In this document: positions 1-11,953 of the stretch, piece after piece
Layout of the letters: each line of letters opens with the position of its first letter
Position numbering within the stretch: the first letter of the stretch is position 1
Assembly: GCA_965287045.1 (NCBI GenBank)
Contig: OZ336870.1
Location: 158,286,001-158,350,000, forward strand
From: Carcharhinus amblyrhynchos
Lineage: Eukaryota
Direction: 5' to 3'
Length of the DNA stretch: 64,000 bases
Program-made: the position numbers and the translations under genes
Notes under the pieces: model-generated
The model's input: the letters and a program-made list of their open reading frames with translations, nothing else
The model's database searches: none
What the model was told of the DNA's origin: nothing

Positions 1-377
1 ATTAATTACAAGAAATTCTAGACACTGAGGGATTGTGCTCATAAATCGCTAAAGCATTTAACCGGTGCCTGTTTTAAATGAACGAACCAGTTGCTTCAGC
101 CCTTTTAGGAGAGCCATCGGTATAATAAAACTGGCCCTCCCTCCAACAATGTTTTAAAATTGAAAATGTGAGAATGGATTGGAAATCCTGGCAATCTGCC
201 TCTCCTTGCTCCTTCACTCGGTCTGTTTGGCAATAATGCACAGACACTGGGATTAACATAAGGCCGGTGGTAATTCTACCTGATGGCAGATGTTACTATG
301 GGTGAGATTTGCTTTTAAAAACTGGCTTTAACCTGATAGCCCAGAGTGAAATGCAGGACATCGTACAGCACAGTATC

Positions 378-477
378 NNNNNNNNNNNNNNNNNNNNNNN
401 NNNNNNNNNNNNNNNNNNNNNNNNNNNNNNNNNNNNNNNNNNNNNNNNNNNNNNNNNNNNNNNNNNNNNNNNNNNNN
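378..477. other. Assembly gap (100 N)
   Basis: Run of N; ACAGCACAGTATC is present on both sides. Confidence 0.99.
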
Positions 478-1270
478 ACAGCACAGTATCATCGACAATT
501 GGCACACTGCCAGTCCAAAATGCTGACTGTAATACGCTGCAATATAAAGCACATGGAATACATTTCTGTTTGTTTTACCCCCTGATGAAAATGGAAAATT
601 CCAGTCTTGCATTGACCCTCGGGGTGGGTGGGGGAGAGGCATAGGTGTCTAGTAAAATCACTTCAGATAGAAAACAGGTTTCAGAATAATTACTTCAGTA
701 CGTCATTTTAAATCCAAGCTTTTAGCTCTGTGGCTGACAAACCTGTGCTCCTGCAACATGATTCCTTTTTCATTAAGAAAAAAAATTCCATCCCTCCTGC
801 AAACATTCCATAGGCTGTTTGCTCACTTTTAATCACAAAATTTCTGTCTCGGTTTAAAGGCTGACTTGAGAAACGACAAAAAAGCCCTTCTCTTTGTGGT
901 AGTGAGGGAAAACCTGACCTGCGCCTGCAAACTGGAAGATGTCACGTTGATAAATGTAGTGGAGGAGAACATAATTCATACCAGTATCAGATATCATAAA
1001 GATATTACAGAGTGCAGGGTTAGGGCCAAAAGACTTCTATTAGTGCAATGTAGGGTGTGATGATTTGGCTACCATATGGGACATTCAATGCTGCGTAGAA
1101 TATTAATATACCGTGACAAACAGAAAGGGATTCCTTACGTGTACTCTTTTGTTATTCCCATTTTATCATGGGCACTAGGATCTAAAATTACACTTAATTT
1201 ACACCAGGAGTTTTCAAGAGTGCTCTCACTTTTTAAATTTTGAGTTGGTGCATACTTCTGTGACATATGA

Positions 1271-1590
1271 GGTGGCACAGTGGCACAGTGGTTAGCACAC
1301 TGCTGCCTCACAGTGCCCAGGGACCCAGGTTCAATTCTGGCCTTGGGTGACTGTCTGTGTGGAGATTGCACATTCTCCCCGTGTCTGTGTGGGTTTCCTC
1401 CGGTTTTCCTCCCACAGTACAAAGGTGTGTGTGTTAGGTGGATTGGTCATGCTATATTGATCATTAGTGTCAGAAGGATTAGCAAGGTAAATATGTGGTG
1501 TTATGGGGATAGGGCCTGGGTAGGATTGTTATTGGTGCAGACTCAATGAAACGAATGGCCTACTTCTGCAATGTAGGGATTCTATAATTG
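1271..1590 (+). mobile_element. HE1/V-SINE-type tRNA-derived SINE with CR1-type tail
   Basis: A-box-like GGCACAGTGGTTAGC, B-box-like GGTTCAATTC, V-domain-like GTGGGTTTCCTCCGG...CTCCCACAGT, tail ...CTTCTGCAATGTAGGGATTCTAT. Confidence 0.9.
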
Positions 1591-2214
1591 ACATTCACCT
1601 TGTATTGTCTTATTTAATCCCTCTATTCCTGTTCTAACCTGTCACTTTTATGCGTACACGACAGTCGTTAATAAAATTCCGATGCTGGAGGGCAGTGCTA
1701 TTCCAGCCTCAGGATACACAGTGTAGCACTGTCAAACACTCGATATAATATTGGCAGGCCTTCACCTGCGTCGACGTAACAGGGAGGCTTTTGCATTCTG
1801 ACAATGCCTTGAACAATGCCCATTGGGAGCTCCTTTCTCCTGATGTAGGAGGTCAGGGGAAGGTGACAGACAAAGTCTAGTGTAAAAGGCCTTCAAAAGT
1901 AGACCAAGTGAAGGAAGGTTGTGCGTTTCACTAGCTGTGGTGGCACGATGGTCCTGGTCATTGTGGTTTGATATGTCACCAAAATCTGATCATCAACCTG
2001 GCAAGACTCTGTGGACAATGATGGCAGCCCACCCACCCCCGCCACCCTACATCCAGGTCCCCCCGTTAAATAAAGTCACACACAGGCTCCTTACAAGGCT
2101 GAGTGAGAGCCCCAGACCATTTACAATCTGATGGTGGCTATTCACTTCATCAACTGCCCTCTAGTGTCAACGTTCTTGGATTATTATTCATATTCTCAAT
2201 ATTCTCAGATGTTT

Positions 2215-2345
2215 GATAAGCTAGAGGTGAAAGGCTATCAGGATAGGCTGGAACATGCAGTTGAGCGTATAATCAGATCAACCATGATCTTATTGAAAGG
2301 CAGATCAGGTTCGAGGGGCCAACTGGTCTATTCCTGCTTCTGATG
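2215..2345 (+). mobile_element. Degenerate CR1 3' end
   Basis: ATCAGATCAACCATGATCTTATTGAA...GGTTCGAGGGGCC...CTATTCCTGCT resembles the CR1 tail at 54030-54110. Confidence 0.7.
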
Positions 2346-2835
2346 CTATTTTTGGATGCCCATATTAAATACCATCCAAATGTAAATCCCTTTAGCCTCA
2401 GTCGCTTCTGTACCAAAACTCAACTGGCCACCAAAGAGATGTATGATTTGCAGTTTATGAATGATTGCTGTGCTGTTGCCTACTCTGCACCACATTCACT
2501 CTTGATCCTTTCAATACCGCACATAAGGAACTTGGCTTGTCTTTGAAGGAGGAGATTTAGCCCCAAAATCTCACATTATCCTGTATCATTCACATTTTAT
2601 TCTGGCAAAAACCAATCCTAAATCAAAACAACTTGGATAGATGTAGTTAGTGAGTTGCAGGATGGAGGTGCAGAAGGAGAATGGGCAAAATTGAACCAGG
2701 TTTACTATGGGTGAAAAGTTCAAATACAAATTAAAAATAGGAAGGGAAATATGATAGAACATTTTGCTCAAAGTACAATAGAGCCAGGGAATGAGCTAAG
2801 GATATTGGAGGAAACAAGTTGAGGGAACAGGTTGG

Positions 2836-3268
2836 GGTGTCACGGTGGCACAGTGATTAGCACTGCTGCCTCACAGGACCAGGTGCCTGGGTTCGATTCC
2901 GATCTCAGATCACTGTCTGTGCAGAGTTTGCATGTTCTCCCTTGACTGCATGGGTTTCCTCCGGGTGTTCCTGTTTCCTCCCACACTCCATAGATGTGAG
3001 CAGTTTCAACATTGATTTAATACAAAGTTGCCACACACTTTCGAACTCTATATGTTTCAGCTAGGAGCAATAGTGAAGACAATCATAAATATCCACTAAT
3101 TGACAACCTGGAAGCGTGATAGACTGCCATTAGATGGATTAGCCATGCCATTTGGTGTCAGGGGGATTAGCAGGATAAACATGTGGCGTTACGTGGATAG
3201 GGCCTGGGTGGGATTGTTGTTGGTGCAGGCTTGATGGGCGGATTGGCCTCCTTCTGCATTGTAGGGAT
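2836..3268 (+). mobile_element. HE1/V-SINE interrupted by a 138-bp templated insertion
   Basis: SINE head and V domain to GATGTG (2998), foreign segment to 3130, then the SINE resumes (TAGATGGATTAGCCATGC) and ends in the CR1-type tail. Confidence 0.85.
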
Positions 3269-3269
3269 C

Positions 3270-3390
3270 CAGGGGGTGAATGTTCCCATTCTGCCCACCA
3301 TGGGAATCATAGCGGACGAGGGGGTGGACCATGGAAAGATCTGTTGACATTGGGCGAGATTTTTGGAGCGAACACAGGTGGAAAATCCTA
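3270..3390. mobile_element. Short MITE-like element (GGG..GAATTTTC termini)
   Basis: Starts GGGGGTGAATGTTCCC and ends GGAAAATCC; resembles the inverse of 47411-47547. Confidence 0.55.
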
Positions 3391-4269
3391 TGATTCGATG
3401 AAACGTTCGATGTGGAAAAAATGGGTAAGGTTTAGCTGAGTGACAAAAATGGACCGAGTAGTTGGTGTTTTCCTCAATTCCTTAAACGTTCTTCTGTCCT
3501 TCCTTTATAAAAACTACAATGCGTATTGGAAATGACATCGATCAGGATGTGAGCAGTTTCAACATTGATTTAGTACAAAGTTGCCACACACTTTCAAACT
3601 CTATAAGTTTCAGCGAGGAGCAATAATGAAGACAATCATAAATATCCACTAATTGACAACCTGGAAGCGTGATAGACTGCCATCACTGTGTTAACTGACA
3701 ATGAATGTTTTGTGTTAGGAAGATTTGCAGAGAAAAACTGAAGTTGCACAGATTGCTTGTATGGTTTCAGAGCATTAGTGAGAGATAAATGACATCCTCA
3801 ATGCAGTTTTCACTGTTACAAAACTGAGTTAGAAGCCAAAACTGATAACTTTCACCAGGCTGTGCTGAAATATTTCATGACAAAAAGTACATGATGAAAG
3901 ATTAGAGGGAGAAAATGTCCTTTGAAGGATAAAATTCAGGTTATTCAGGGTTTAGCTAGCATTTCTGCTTTAACCCTCAGCTGCAATCTGGCTTGATCTC
4001 TACCTCTGAACTCCTTCCGATTTATTACTGGGAATCTGTGAACCTTACTAGAGGGCTGTACCCAGTAGTACAGCTTTTCCCACAGGAAAGAGTGAGGAAA
4101 AAGGCAGAAAAATCTCTGTAAATATTAGCAAAATGTCTTTTATTTTGAAAAAAACCTGAGCACGGTAACTAGATATGAAAAAGAAAATCAGAATCTGCTC
4201 TTTTTCTTGCTCCTAATGTAATAAAGTATTATAAATTATATATTCAATTATAAATTATTGTTCTTTTTG

Positions 4270-4605
4270 TTTTATTCATTCATGAGACATGGGCCAGCAT
4301 TTGTTGCTCATCCCCAGTTGCCCTTAGAGGGCAGTTGAGTCAGTCGCATTGCTGTGGCTTTGGGGTCACACGTAGGCCAAACCAGGAAAGGACAGCAGAT
4401 TGCCTTCCCTAAAGGACATTTGCAAATAGGTTTTCTGACAATCGACAATGGTTTCATGGTTAATTGTAGATTCTTAAATCCAGATATTTTTTATTGAATT
4501 CAAATTCCACTATCTGCTGTGGTGCAATTCAAATCCAGGGCCCCAGAACATGAGCTGAGTTTCTGGATTAATAGTCCAATGATAATACCACTGGGCCATT
4601 GACTT
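4270..4605 (-). mobile_element. tRNA-derived SINE family 2 (shares the GGGCAATAAATGCTGG tail with the CR1/L2-like LINE)
   Basis: Reverse-complement similarity to 30710-31040, including the CCTTTAGGGAAGG core and the tail. Confidence 0.75.
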
Positions 4606-5264
4606 ATCCAAATGCAAAATGTTTAATTTTTTTTCCTCTGAATTTCCCTTTCAGGAGTTCAATGCTACTAAAGGTTTCTCACCGATGACTGCAGAGTGGC
4701 ACAGACATTTTATTCTGGAAGTCTTCATATTCTATCAGAAATAGTTAGGTTTACCGGCTGGTCCGGGAAAAAAAGTCCCACTCCTTGCTTTCTAAGGATT
4801 TGAATGATTGATTACAAAAGGGTAACAGTTTGCTGTCACGTCCGTGCAGTTACACCTGTGGATTTGTGAAAATTTAATACAGCTTTTTAAACACCAAATG
4901 GAGATCTATGTTCTGACAAAATGGAGTTGAGAAATCAGGTGACTTCCCTTTTCTCTTGCCAATGAAGCTGCCAAAGGCTAGAAGTTAGCCTGCTTTTCTC
5001 GTCAGGACATTAAAATACAAGGACCCTTTGAGACTGAAGACAATGGCTTCTGTCTTCTCAATATTTAGTTGGAGGAATTTCTGATGATCTTGTACTTACT
5101 GCGAGGCCAGCAGTGTGCTCATTTTTAAATACAATGGAGGAGCTAAGAGAGATGATGGTAAGGTGGGTATTGTCCATGCATATGTGGAAACAGAGGCCGT
5201 GTTTTCCAATGAAGCCAGTGAGGGGGAATGTGTTGATTGAAAATAGGAGAGGATTTGGATAGGC

Positions 5265-5735
5265 ACTTTTTTGTCACATGTATCACTATACAGTGAAAAG
5301 TATTGTTTCTTGCACCCGCACAGACAAAGCATACCCCACATAGAGGAGGAAAGGAGAGAGTGCAGAATGTAGTGTTACAGTGAGAATCGTAGCAGGCATG
5401 CCAAATTTCTTTAGCCTCTTGAGAAAGTAGAGGCTTTGGTGGGCTAAGGCGTTGGTATGGAGGGATCAGGTCAGATTGTTGGTGATCTGGACACCTAGAA
5501 TCTTGAAGCTTGGGACCATTTCCACTTCATCCCTATTGATGTAGACAGAGGTGTGTCCTCCACTACGCTTCCTGAAGTAGATGACTAACTCCTTCATTTT
5601 ACTGACATTGCGTGAGAGATTACTGCCATTGCACTCGTTCACTAGATCCTCTTATGTCTTTCCTGCACTCCGTCTCATCAATGTTTGAGATCCGATGCAG
5701 TACAGTGGTATCAATCAGCAAACTTGAAAATTGAT
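5265..5735 (-). mobile_element. Rex1/Babar-like LINE fragment, internally deleted
   Basis: Reverse-strand match to 54812-55583 (TTGTCACATGTATCACTATACAGTGAAAAGTATTG; GGCATGCCAAATTTCTTTAGCCTC). Confidence 0.75.
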
Positions 5736-6319
5736 TTGAACGCTTGAGAATTAAGATACCAGAAGTAACAATGCAGAAGCAAATGAGGAGTCACTGCAAA
5801 TGGCTATAACTGGACAGATAAGACGGGTTGAGAAGGATGAGGGGGATAGTGAACCATTGTTACTGTCACATTGGCTGTCATTTATGACTTTTCCAGGAAG
5901 GATGAGTATGGATTTGAAATGAGTTAGCATATTCAATAATTCTATAGAAGGACAAAAAGGTTGGAGATCGGGTGTAGTTTGCAAAGGCATTTTTTAAGAA
6001 GGATGATGAAAGGAAATTTGAAAGAGATAGGGACAGTGCCTCAGGAGAGAGACAAGTTATCAATATCATCTATTATGGGATGTTGGGTGGTCATCAGTTC
6101 TTCAGATGGCATTTGAGGGATTGGAAAGTGGGTCGCAGGACCAGATGAGCTCCAAGAAGACCTAAGGGGAAGATAACAGAAATATGAGAGAAAAGAAATA
6201 CAAACTCAGGGCTGGAACAAAGGAGAAACCTGAAAGGATGTTTGTCCCGATGGGCTAGGGGAAAATAGGGAAGTAACAGAGGCAGCCGATTGGATGGTCT
6301 TAATCAATGAGTTTTTTTT

Positions 6320-7012
6320 ACTCATGAGTATTGCTGGCTGGCCAGCATTTATTGCCCATCTTTAGTTATCCTTCAGAAGGTGGTGGTGAGCTGCCTTCTT
6401 GAATCGTTGCAGTCCACGTGCTGTGAGTCGACCCATGATGCTGTTAGGGAGGGAATTCCAGGATTTTGACCCAGTGACTGCAAAGGAATGGCAATATATT
6501 TCCAAGTCAGGATGATGAGTGGTTTGGAGGGGACCTTGCAGGTGGTGGTGTTCCCATGTACCTGCTGCCCTTGTCCTTCTAGATGGAAGTGGTTGTGGGT
6601 TTGGAAGATGCTGTCTAAGCATCTTTGGTGGATTGCTGCAGTGCATCTTGTGGATGGTACACACTGCTAATGCTGAGCATCATTGGTGGAGAGAGTGGAT
6701 CTTTGTAGGTGTGGTGCCAATCAAGTGGGCTGTTTTGTCCTGGATAGTGTCAAATTTCTTGAGTGTTGTTGGAGCTGCACCCATCCAGGCAAGAGGGGAG
6801 TATTCTATCACACTCCTGGCTTGTGCCTTGAAGGTGATGGATAGGCTTTGGGGAGTCAGGAGGGTGAGTTATTCGCCTAGCCTAGCATTCCTAGCCTCTG
6901 ACCTGCTCTTGTAGCCACTGTGTTTTTTGTAGTGAGTCCAGTTGAGATTCTGGTCAATGGTAAGCCCAAAGATGTTGACAGTGGGGATTCAGTGATGGTA
7001 ACACCATTGCAC
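6320..7012 (-). mobile_element. CR1/L2-superfamily LINE 3' fragment (…HHHLLKxN family)
   Basis: ORF 6362-6664 ends SWNSLPNSIMG…FKKAAHHHLLKDN, followed by the GGGCAATAAATGCTGG tail; similar copies at 32450, 57010 and 60838. Confidence 0.8.
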
Positions 7013-7019
7013 TTACTAC

Positions 7020-7660
7020 ATTTATTCTTTGAGGTGATCATATCTTATGTGATGGTGGAGGAATAAGTGTCGAGGAGGGTAAGTAGATGGTTTGCAATAG
7101 ATTAAAAAAGCTGAGGATTATTTCTGTCCCCCAGGATCATTCTGGAGAAGTGAAGCGACGAACTGCCATGTGGTACAGGCAGATCTAGCTGAGAGTGGTT
7201 AAACCAATTGTCCACTTTTTCCATGGGGGATGGGGTGTAGAACGATTAGGCAGTTGATCAGAAATAGCTTTATCTGTGATTGATACGATAAGAGTAGTGA
7301 GGCTACATGAGATGGCAATGTCAAAGGGACAGCTCTGTACAAAAGTAGGAGAGGTTATTTGAAGGGTAAAATTAATGCAGGGTCAGTGGCCTGTGGGCTC
7401 AGAGGAAGGAGAACACAATGATTTGAGATAATGATTGAAATCATCCCGGATGAGATGTCTTTATCCTGTGTTGAGGAATGAGAGCAATGAAGACATCTTG
7501 ATGAAGAAGTGTTTTGGATGCTTGGAGAAGGGATGGAGAATGAGGATTTTGAACTGACAAAGGAAAGAGGAGTGGAACAAGGGGATATATAAGTCATCAG
7601 GATTGATTTCACCTTGTTTCAATTCACCTGAAAATGGGGAATGTGAAATCCTTAAAGAAG
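7020..7660 (-). mobile_element. Highly decayed L2-like ORF2 remnant
   Basis: Purine-rich plus strand with patches resembling L2 ORF2 on the minus strand; recognised by eye only. Confidence 0.4.
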
Positions 7661-8387
7661 TCACTTGACTTTCCAACCAATTAACACCAATGATTGACTC
7701 ATTAGCACTTTCAAAGGTGTCTGCCTACCTCTTTGGGTCATTGTAGCATTACCCTGTTGAATGATGTAACATGTACACTGGCATTCTATGACCAATAAAG
7801 GGAACTGCTTGTGTTTTAGGTTAGAACTGGTTGTTGATAGAGCAGAGAGGACCCTGGAAAGGAAACGAATAAATTATCTTTCGTTGGGTTTTGATGAAAA
7901 TATAACTGGCTATTTTCATCCTGGATTCCATTCTCCTCCCTTCCCCAATCAGTCCCTGCGATTGCATCGCCATCTCTCACTCTCAACCTTCCTGTGCCCC
8001 AGACTCACTTTGCAGTCAGCCCAGAAGCTTATGGGAGACTCAGTATTGGGTTATCTTGAATTTGCCAAGCTGCACCATTACCTTAACTTGGCACCGACAG
8101 CCCACCAGTTCATCTTAAATGAGACCACATCCTCACGGTAGTCCTGACATTTTTACCCTTAGATTAATCTTAGCATGAGTTAGACTGGTCAGCAAAGGAA
8201 GTGGGAAATTGAAAGAGAAACAAGAAGACAATTACTCCTATTAATTGCTTTTTTTCCTGCAGTTTCGAATTAAAATAGTTTCCATCTTAATCTTAAGCCC
8301 CTAATCCATTAATTCAGCTCTCACACCCCTGTGTGGAGTCAACTGTATTCTGAAAGATAGATACCAATCAACTTACCCTATGGCATT

Positions 8388-8682
8388 AAAGTTTATTATT
8401 AGTTTCGCAAATAAGCTTACATTGCAATGAAGTTTCCGTGAAGATCCCCTAGTCGCCACACTCCAGCACCCATTCAGGTACACTGAGGGAGAATTTAGCA
8501 TGGCCAATACACCTAACCAACACATCTTTCAGGCAGTGGGAGGAAACCAGAGCATCCTGAGGAAATCCACGCAGACACGGGGAGAATGTGTAGACTCCAC
8601 ACAGGCAATGACCCAATCTGGGAATCGCACCCAGATCCCTGGTGCTGTGAGGCAGCAATGCTAACCACCTGCCACTGCGCCT
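8388..8682 (-). mobile_element. V-SINE with alternative tail B
   Basis: Minus-strand SINE head and V domain followed by AATTCTCCCTCAGTGTACC…GTGGCGACTAGGGG…AATAAACTTT. Confidence 0.88.
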
Positions 8683-9982
8683 CCCTCTTATCATTAAAAC
8701 AAAACACTGAAATCTTGTTGTTTGCACTTTTTTCTTCTCATCATTATGTGCTAAGGTTATTTTAGAAAATGACATTACATTAAAGAAGAGGCATCTAGTC
8801 TATAATAAGACAGAAAATGCAGAATCATGTGGAATACACTTCATGAAACTTAATACAGTCCATTTTCTTTTCCATTTAAATTATGTCCAGGCTTTAAAGT
8901 CCTCAGTTCATTTATTTCCCCATCTGTTAATCAGCAAACTGTGTCAGTAAACATGGAATCATAGAATGACTTAATGCCATGTATTTGATGCTGATACAGG
9001 AGCGAGTTAAGGTTAAATGGGAAAATCATTCAAATGCACTGCTGGGAACATTTTGTCATCAAACCTGCAGAAATTTATGATTTCTGCTGCACTAAGACGC
9101 ACTCAGTCTGTCTTTTCCTATATTTTTCTATTGGCAGTCAGCACCATTAGTACAGTAAAGCTTGTCTCCCTCTCTCTCTCTTAACCTTTAAAATAGGAAG
9201 CCCTCAGACACTCATCAGAACCTGAATCATTGGCTACATTCATTGCAGGCAGTTGTGGACTTTACACGGGAGTTACTTTATGTATTTATTAAAACTTTCT
9301 TACAAAAAGGAAATGGTCTCTGGAGTATAATCTGGAGCACAATCACAGGAGTGGAAGCTTATATCCTGAGATCGTAAACGACATGGCATTCCGGTCTCTG
9401 TGTGGCAGGCTGACAATTCAGGCCCTCAGAGGAGGATATACTTCACAATGATACACTTCACAATTGTATTTGAACCCTTGGTAATATTCCTTTTTTTATC
9501 CCCGACGGAATGACCCTGTGAAAGCCAGCTGGATATATTTGTGTCCCCGTCTGCATTTGAATCGAGTTATCTCTTCAGCAAACTACACCAGGCCAATGAA
9601 AGAGTGGAGATTTGTATCGCTGGTGCTGTCACTTGTAGCCCCATTGGGTGTTTAAACCTCTATGCAGTGTTTTCTTGATTTACAATACAAACATAACTGA
9701 TTGCAGAGAGTGTCAATCATCCAAGCTGAAGTAAGCCATGTCTTTGAATAAACCGGCTGACTGATTCTGTGCAGATGCCGCCAAAGGGTCTTTTAGTTTA
9801 TTTTTGAAAATCAATGCATGCAAATTTTTCTTCTAATAATCTCCGCTCCCCCACACACAGGGGTTTCAGGCCTGAAACACATTTCATTGGAAACTCATTT
9901 TCCAATTCAGTTGCAACTGTTGGCTTAATAATTCTTTAGCCTCACAATTCTTATAAGAAAACATAGTTTTCTATCTGATTTC

Positions 9983-10285
9983 ATAGATCATAGAACCCTA
10001 CAGTGCAGAAGGAGGCCATTTGGCCCAATGAATCTGCACTAACCACAGTTCCAACCCCAGGCCCTATCTCCATAACACCGAGCATTTACCCAAGCTAGTC
10101 ACCCTGACATTAGGGTCAATTTAGCATGGCCAATCCACCTAACCTGCACATTTTAGAGTGCGGGAGGAAACCGGAGCACCCGGAGGAAACCCAAGCAGAC
10201 ATGGGCAGAATGTGCAAACTCCACATAGACAGTCACCCAAACCAGGAATTGAATCCGGGTCCCTAGCACTGTGAGGCAGCAGTGC
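9983..10285 (-). mobile_element. HE1/V-SINE with CR1-type tail
   Basis: Near full-length reverse-complement copy. Confidence 0.9.
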
Positions 10286-10322
10286 TAACCACTGTGCCAC
10301 CATGATACTTTAGTTCTCATCT

Positions 10323-10615
10323 TGGGGTGGCACTGCTACCTGACAGTGCCAGGGAGACAGGTTCAATTCTTGGGTAATTGTGTGAAATTTGCACGTTCTG
10401 TGTCTGAATAGGTTTCCTTCAGATGCTCCGGTTTCCTCCCACACTCCAAAATGTGCAGGTTAGATGGAATGGCCATGGTAAATTGTCCCTTAGTGTCAGG
10501 GAGATTAGCAGGGTAAATATGGGGTGGTGGGGATGGGGTCTGGGTGGGATTGTTGTCAGTGCAGACTCAATGAGCTGAATGGCCTCCTTTTGCACTGTAA
10601 GGACTGTATGATTCT
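10323..10615 (+). mobile_element. HE1/V-SINE with CR1-type tail
   Basis: Head, V domain and tail; the end carries a 25-bp tandem duplication, GGACTGTATGATTCTAGTTGCTACT x2. Confidence 0.85.
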
Positions 10616-11309
10616 AGTTGCTACTGGACTGTATGATTCTAGTTGCTACTGGACCCAGAAATGACAATATTATTAATGATACCAAAGCATCTGGGGATTT
10701 AAATCTTATTGGGATGTCGATGATACTGAAAATGTCAATGTGGAAAATGTTTCCCATAGCTATATGATTTATATGGTTTCTCTGTAACAAGAAGCAATAG
10801 CAGAGGCGTATCTTTCTGTCACTGCTAATTCAGCAGCAGGCTAGTACAAATGATTTAACATGCAACTGTGTGGCATCAAAGTTTTGCTGCAATTCCCCTG
10901 AGTTTTCTTTATGTCGTTCTTAGCTTTAAACAGTTCCTGACTCTGGGACAATGTGATGTAACAAGAACTCCCGCCTGGATAATTCTACCACCTACACTAG
11001 AAAGGATGTGAGTCATTCACTGTGCATGTGAAATGGAGGGAAATATCGCTACCAGGCAAACCATACACAGTTAAAAAAAGATACTTTTTAATTAAAACAC
11101 AACTGATATTTCATTCAAATCATCAAATGAAGTGATGCGTGAAAAATGTGATTAATATCATCCACCTACCCATTGTCATAAAGTATGTATAATTTGAACT
11201 AGGTATAGCAGCTTCAACAAAATTTCTCCATTTTTAAAAAAATTCTATAGTTTCGAATTCAAATGCAGTCCAATATAATCAGGTTTTTTTAATAGAGGTT
11301 TACAGTGCA

Positions 11310-11460
11310 GTACATTGCTAAATTGACCCTAGTGTCAGGCAGTTTGCAGGGTAAACATGTGGGATTCCACCCAGGGCCTGGGTGGAATTGTGGTCAGTGC
11401 AGACTTGATAGGTCAAATGTACTTCTGCACTGTAGGAGTTCTATGAACCTCTTCTATGAT
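11310..11460 (+). mobile_element. HE1/V-SINE 3' half
   Basis: GCTAAATTGACCCTAGTGTCAGG…CTTCTGCACTGTAGG…CTATGA. Confidence 0.8.
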
Positions 11461-11510
11461 TACCAAGTTTGAAAGAATATGACACACTAAAAAATAATGG
11501 CTTTATGATA

Positions 11511-11671
11511 AAAGCAGATCACTGGGGATGCTGGACTCTGAAGCAAAAACTGAGTATGCAGGAAAATCTCAGCAGGTATGAGTATGCAGGAAAATCTCAA
11601 CAGGCCTGACAGTGTCTGTGGAGAGAGAACAGAGTTAATGTTTCGAGCCTGGATGACTCTTCGCCACAGCT
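11511..11671 (-). mobile_element. Penelope-like family 2, 3' terminal piece with decayed hammerhead motif
   Basis: Similar to 26757-26890; flanked by TTTATGATA (11502-11510 and 11672-11680); internal ~28-bp tandem duplication. Confidence 0.7.
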
Positions 11672-11826
11672 TTTATGATATTAGAGGATTTTAAACCCCA
11701 TTCAGACTGGAGGTTAGTGTAATTGGTGCTTAGAAGGAACATCACAAAAGCGTTGATGTTTATGTTTTTATAATCATTTCCTAAAATTTAGATGATCTGG
11801 TGATGTGCTGGTAGGGAGATTAATTC

Positions 11827-11953
11827 GGTGGGGATTTTCTGGCCTTACCACAGTGGGTTCCCCCAGCACAGGCGCAGAAAGCCAGTCAACTGTCCATTGA
11901 CTTTTGCAGGACCAGAAGATCTTGCTGGTGGGAGGTGCTTGAAAATTCTAGCC
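11827..11953. mobile_element. MITE-like element
   Basis: Termini GGTGGGGATTTTC…GAAAATTCTAGCC form an imperfect inverted repeat. Confidence 0.6.

Noticed and set aside
296-644. ORFs spanning the N gap and the 13-bp ACAGCACAGTATC repeat across it
   Set aside because: Artefacts of the assembly gap; the repeat is probably unmerged contig overlap.
4625-4760. Splice-acceptor-like site at 4654
   Set aside because: No convincing donor or recognisable peptide follows.
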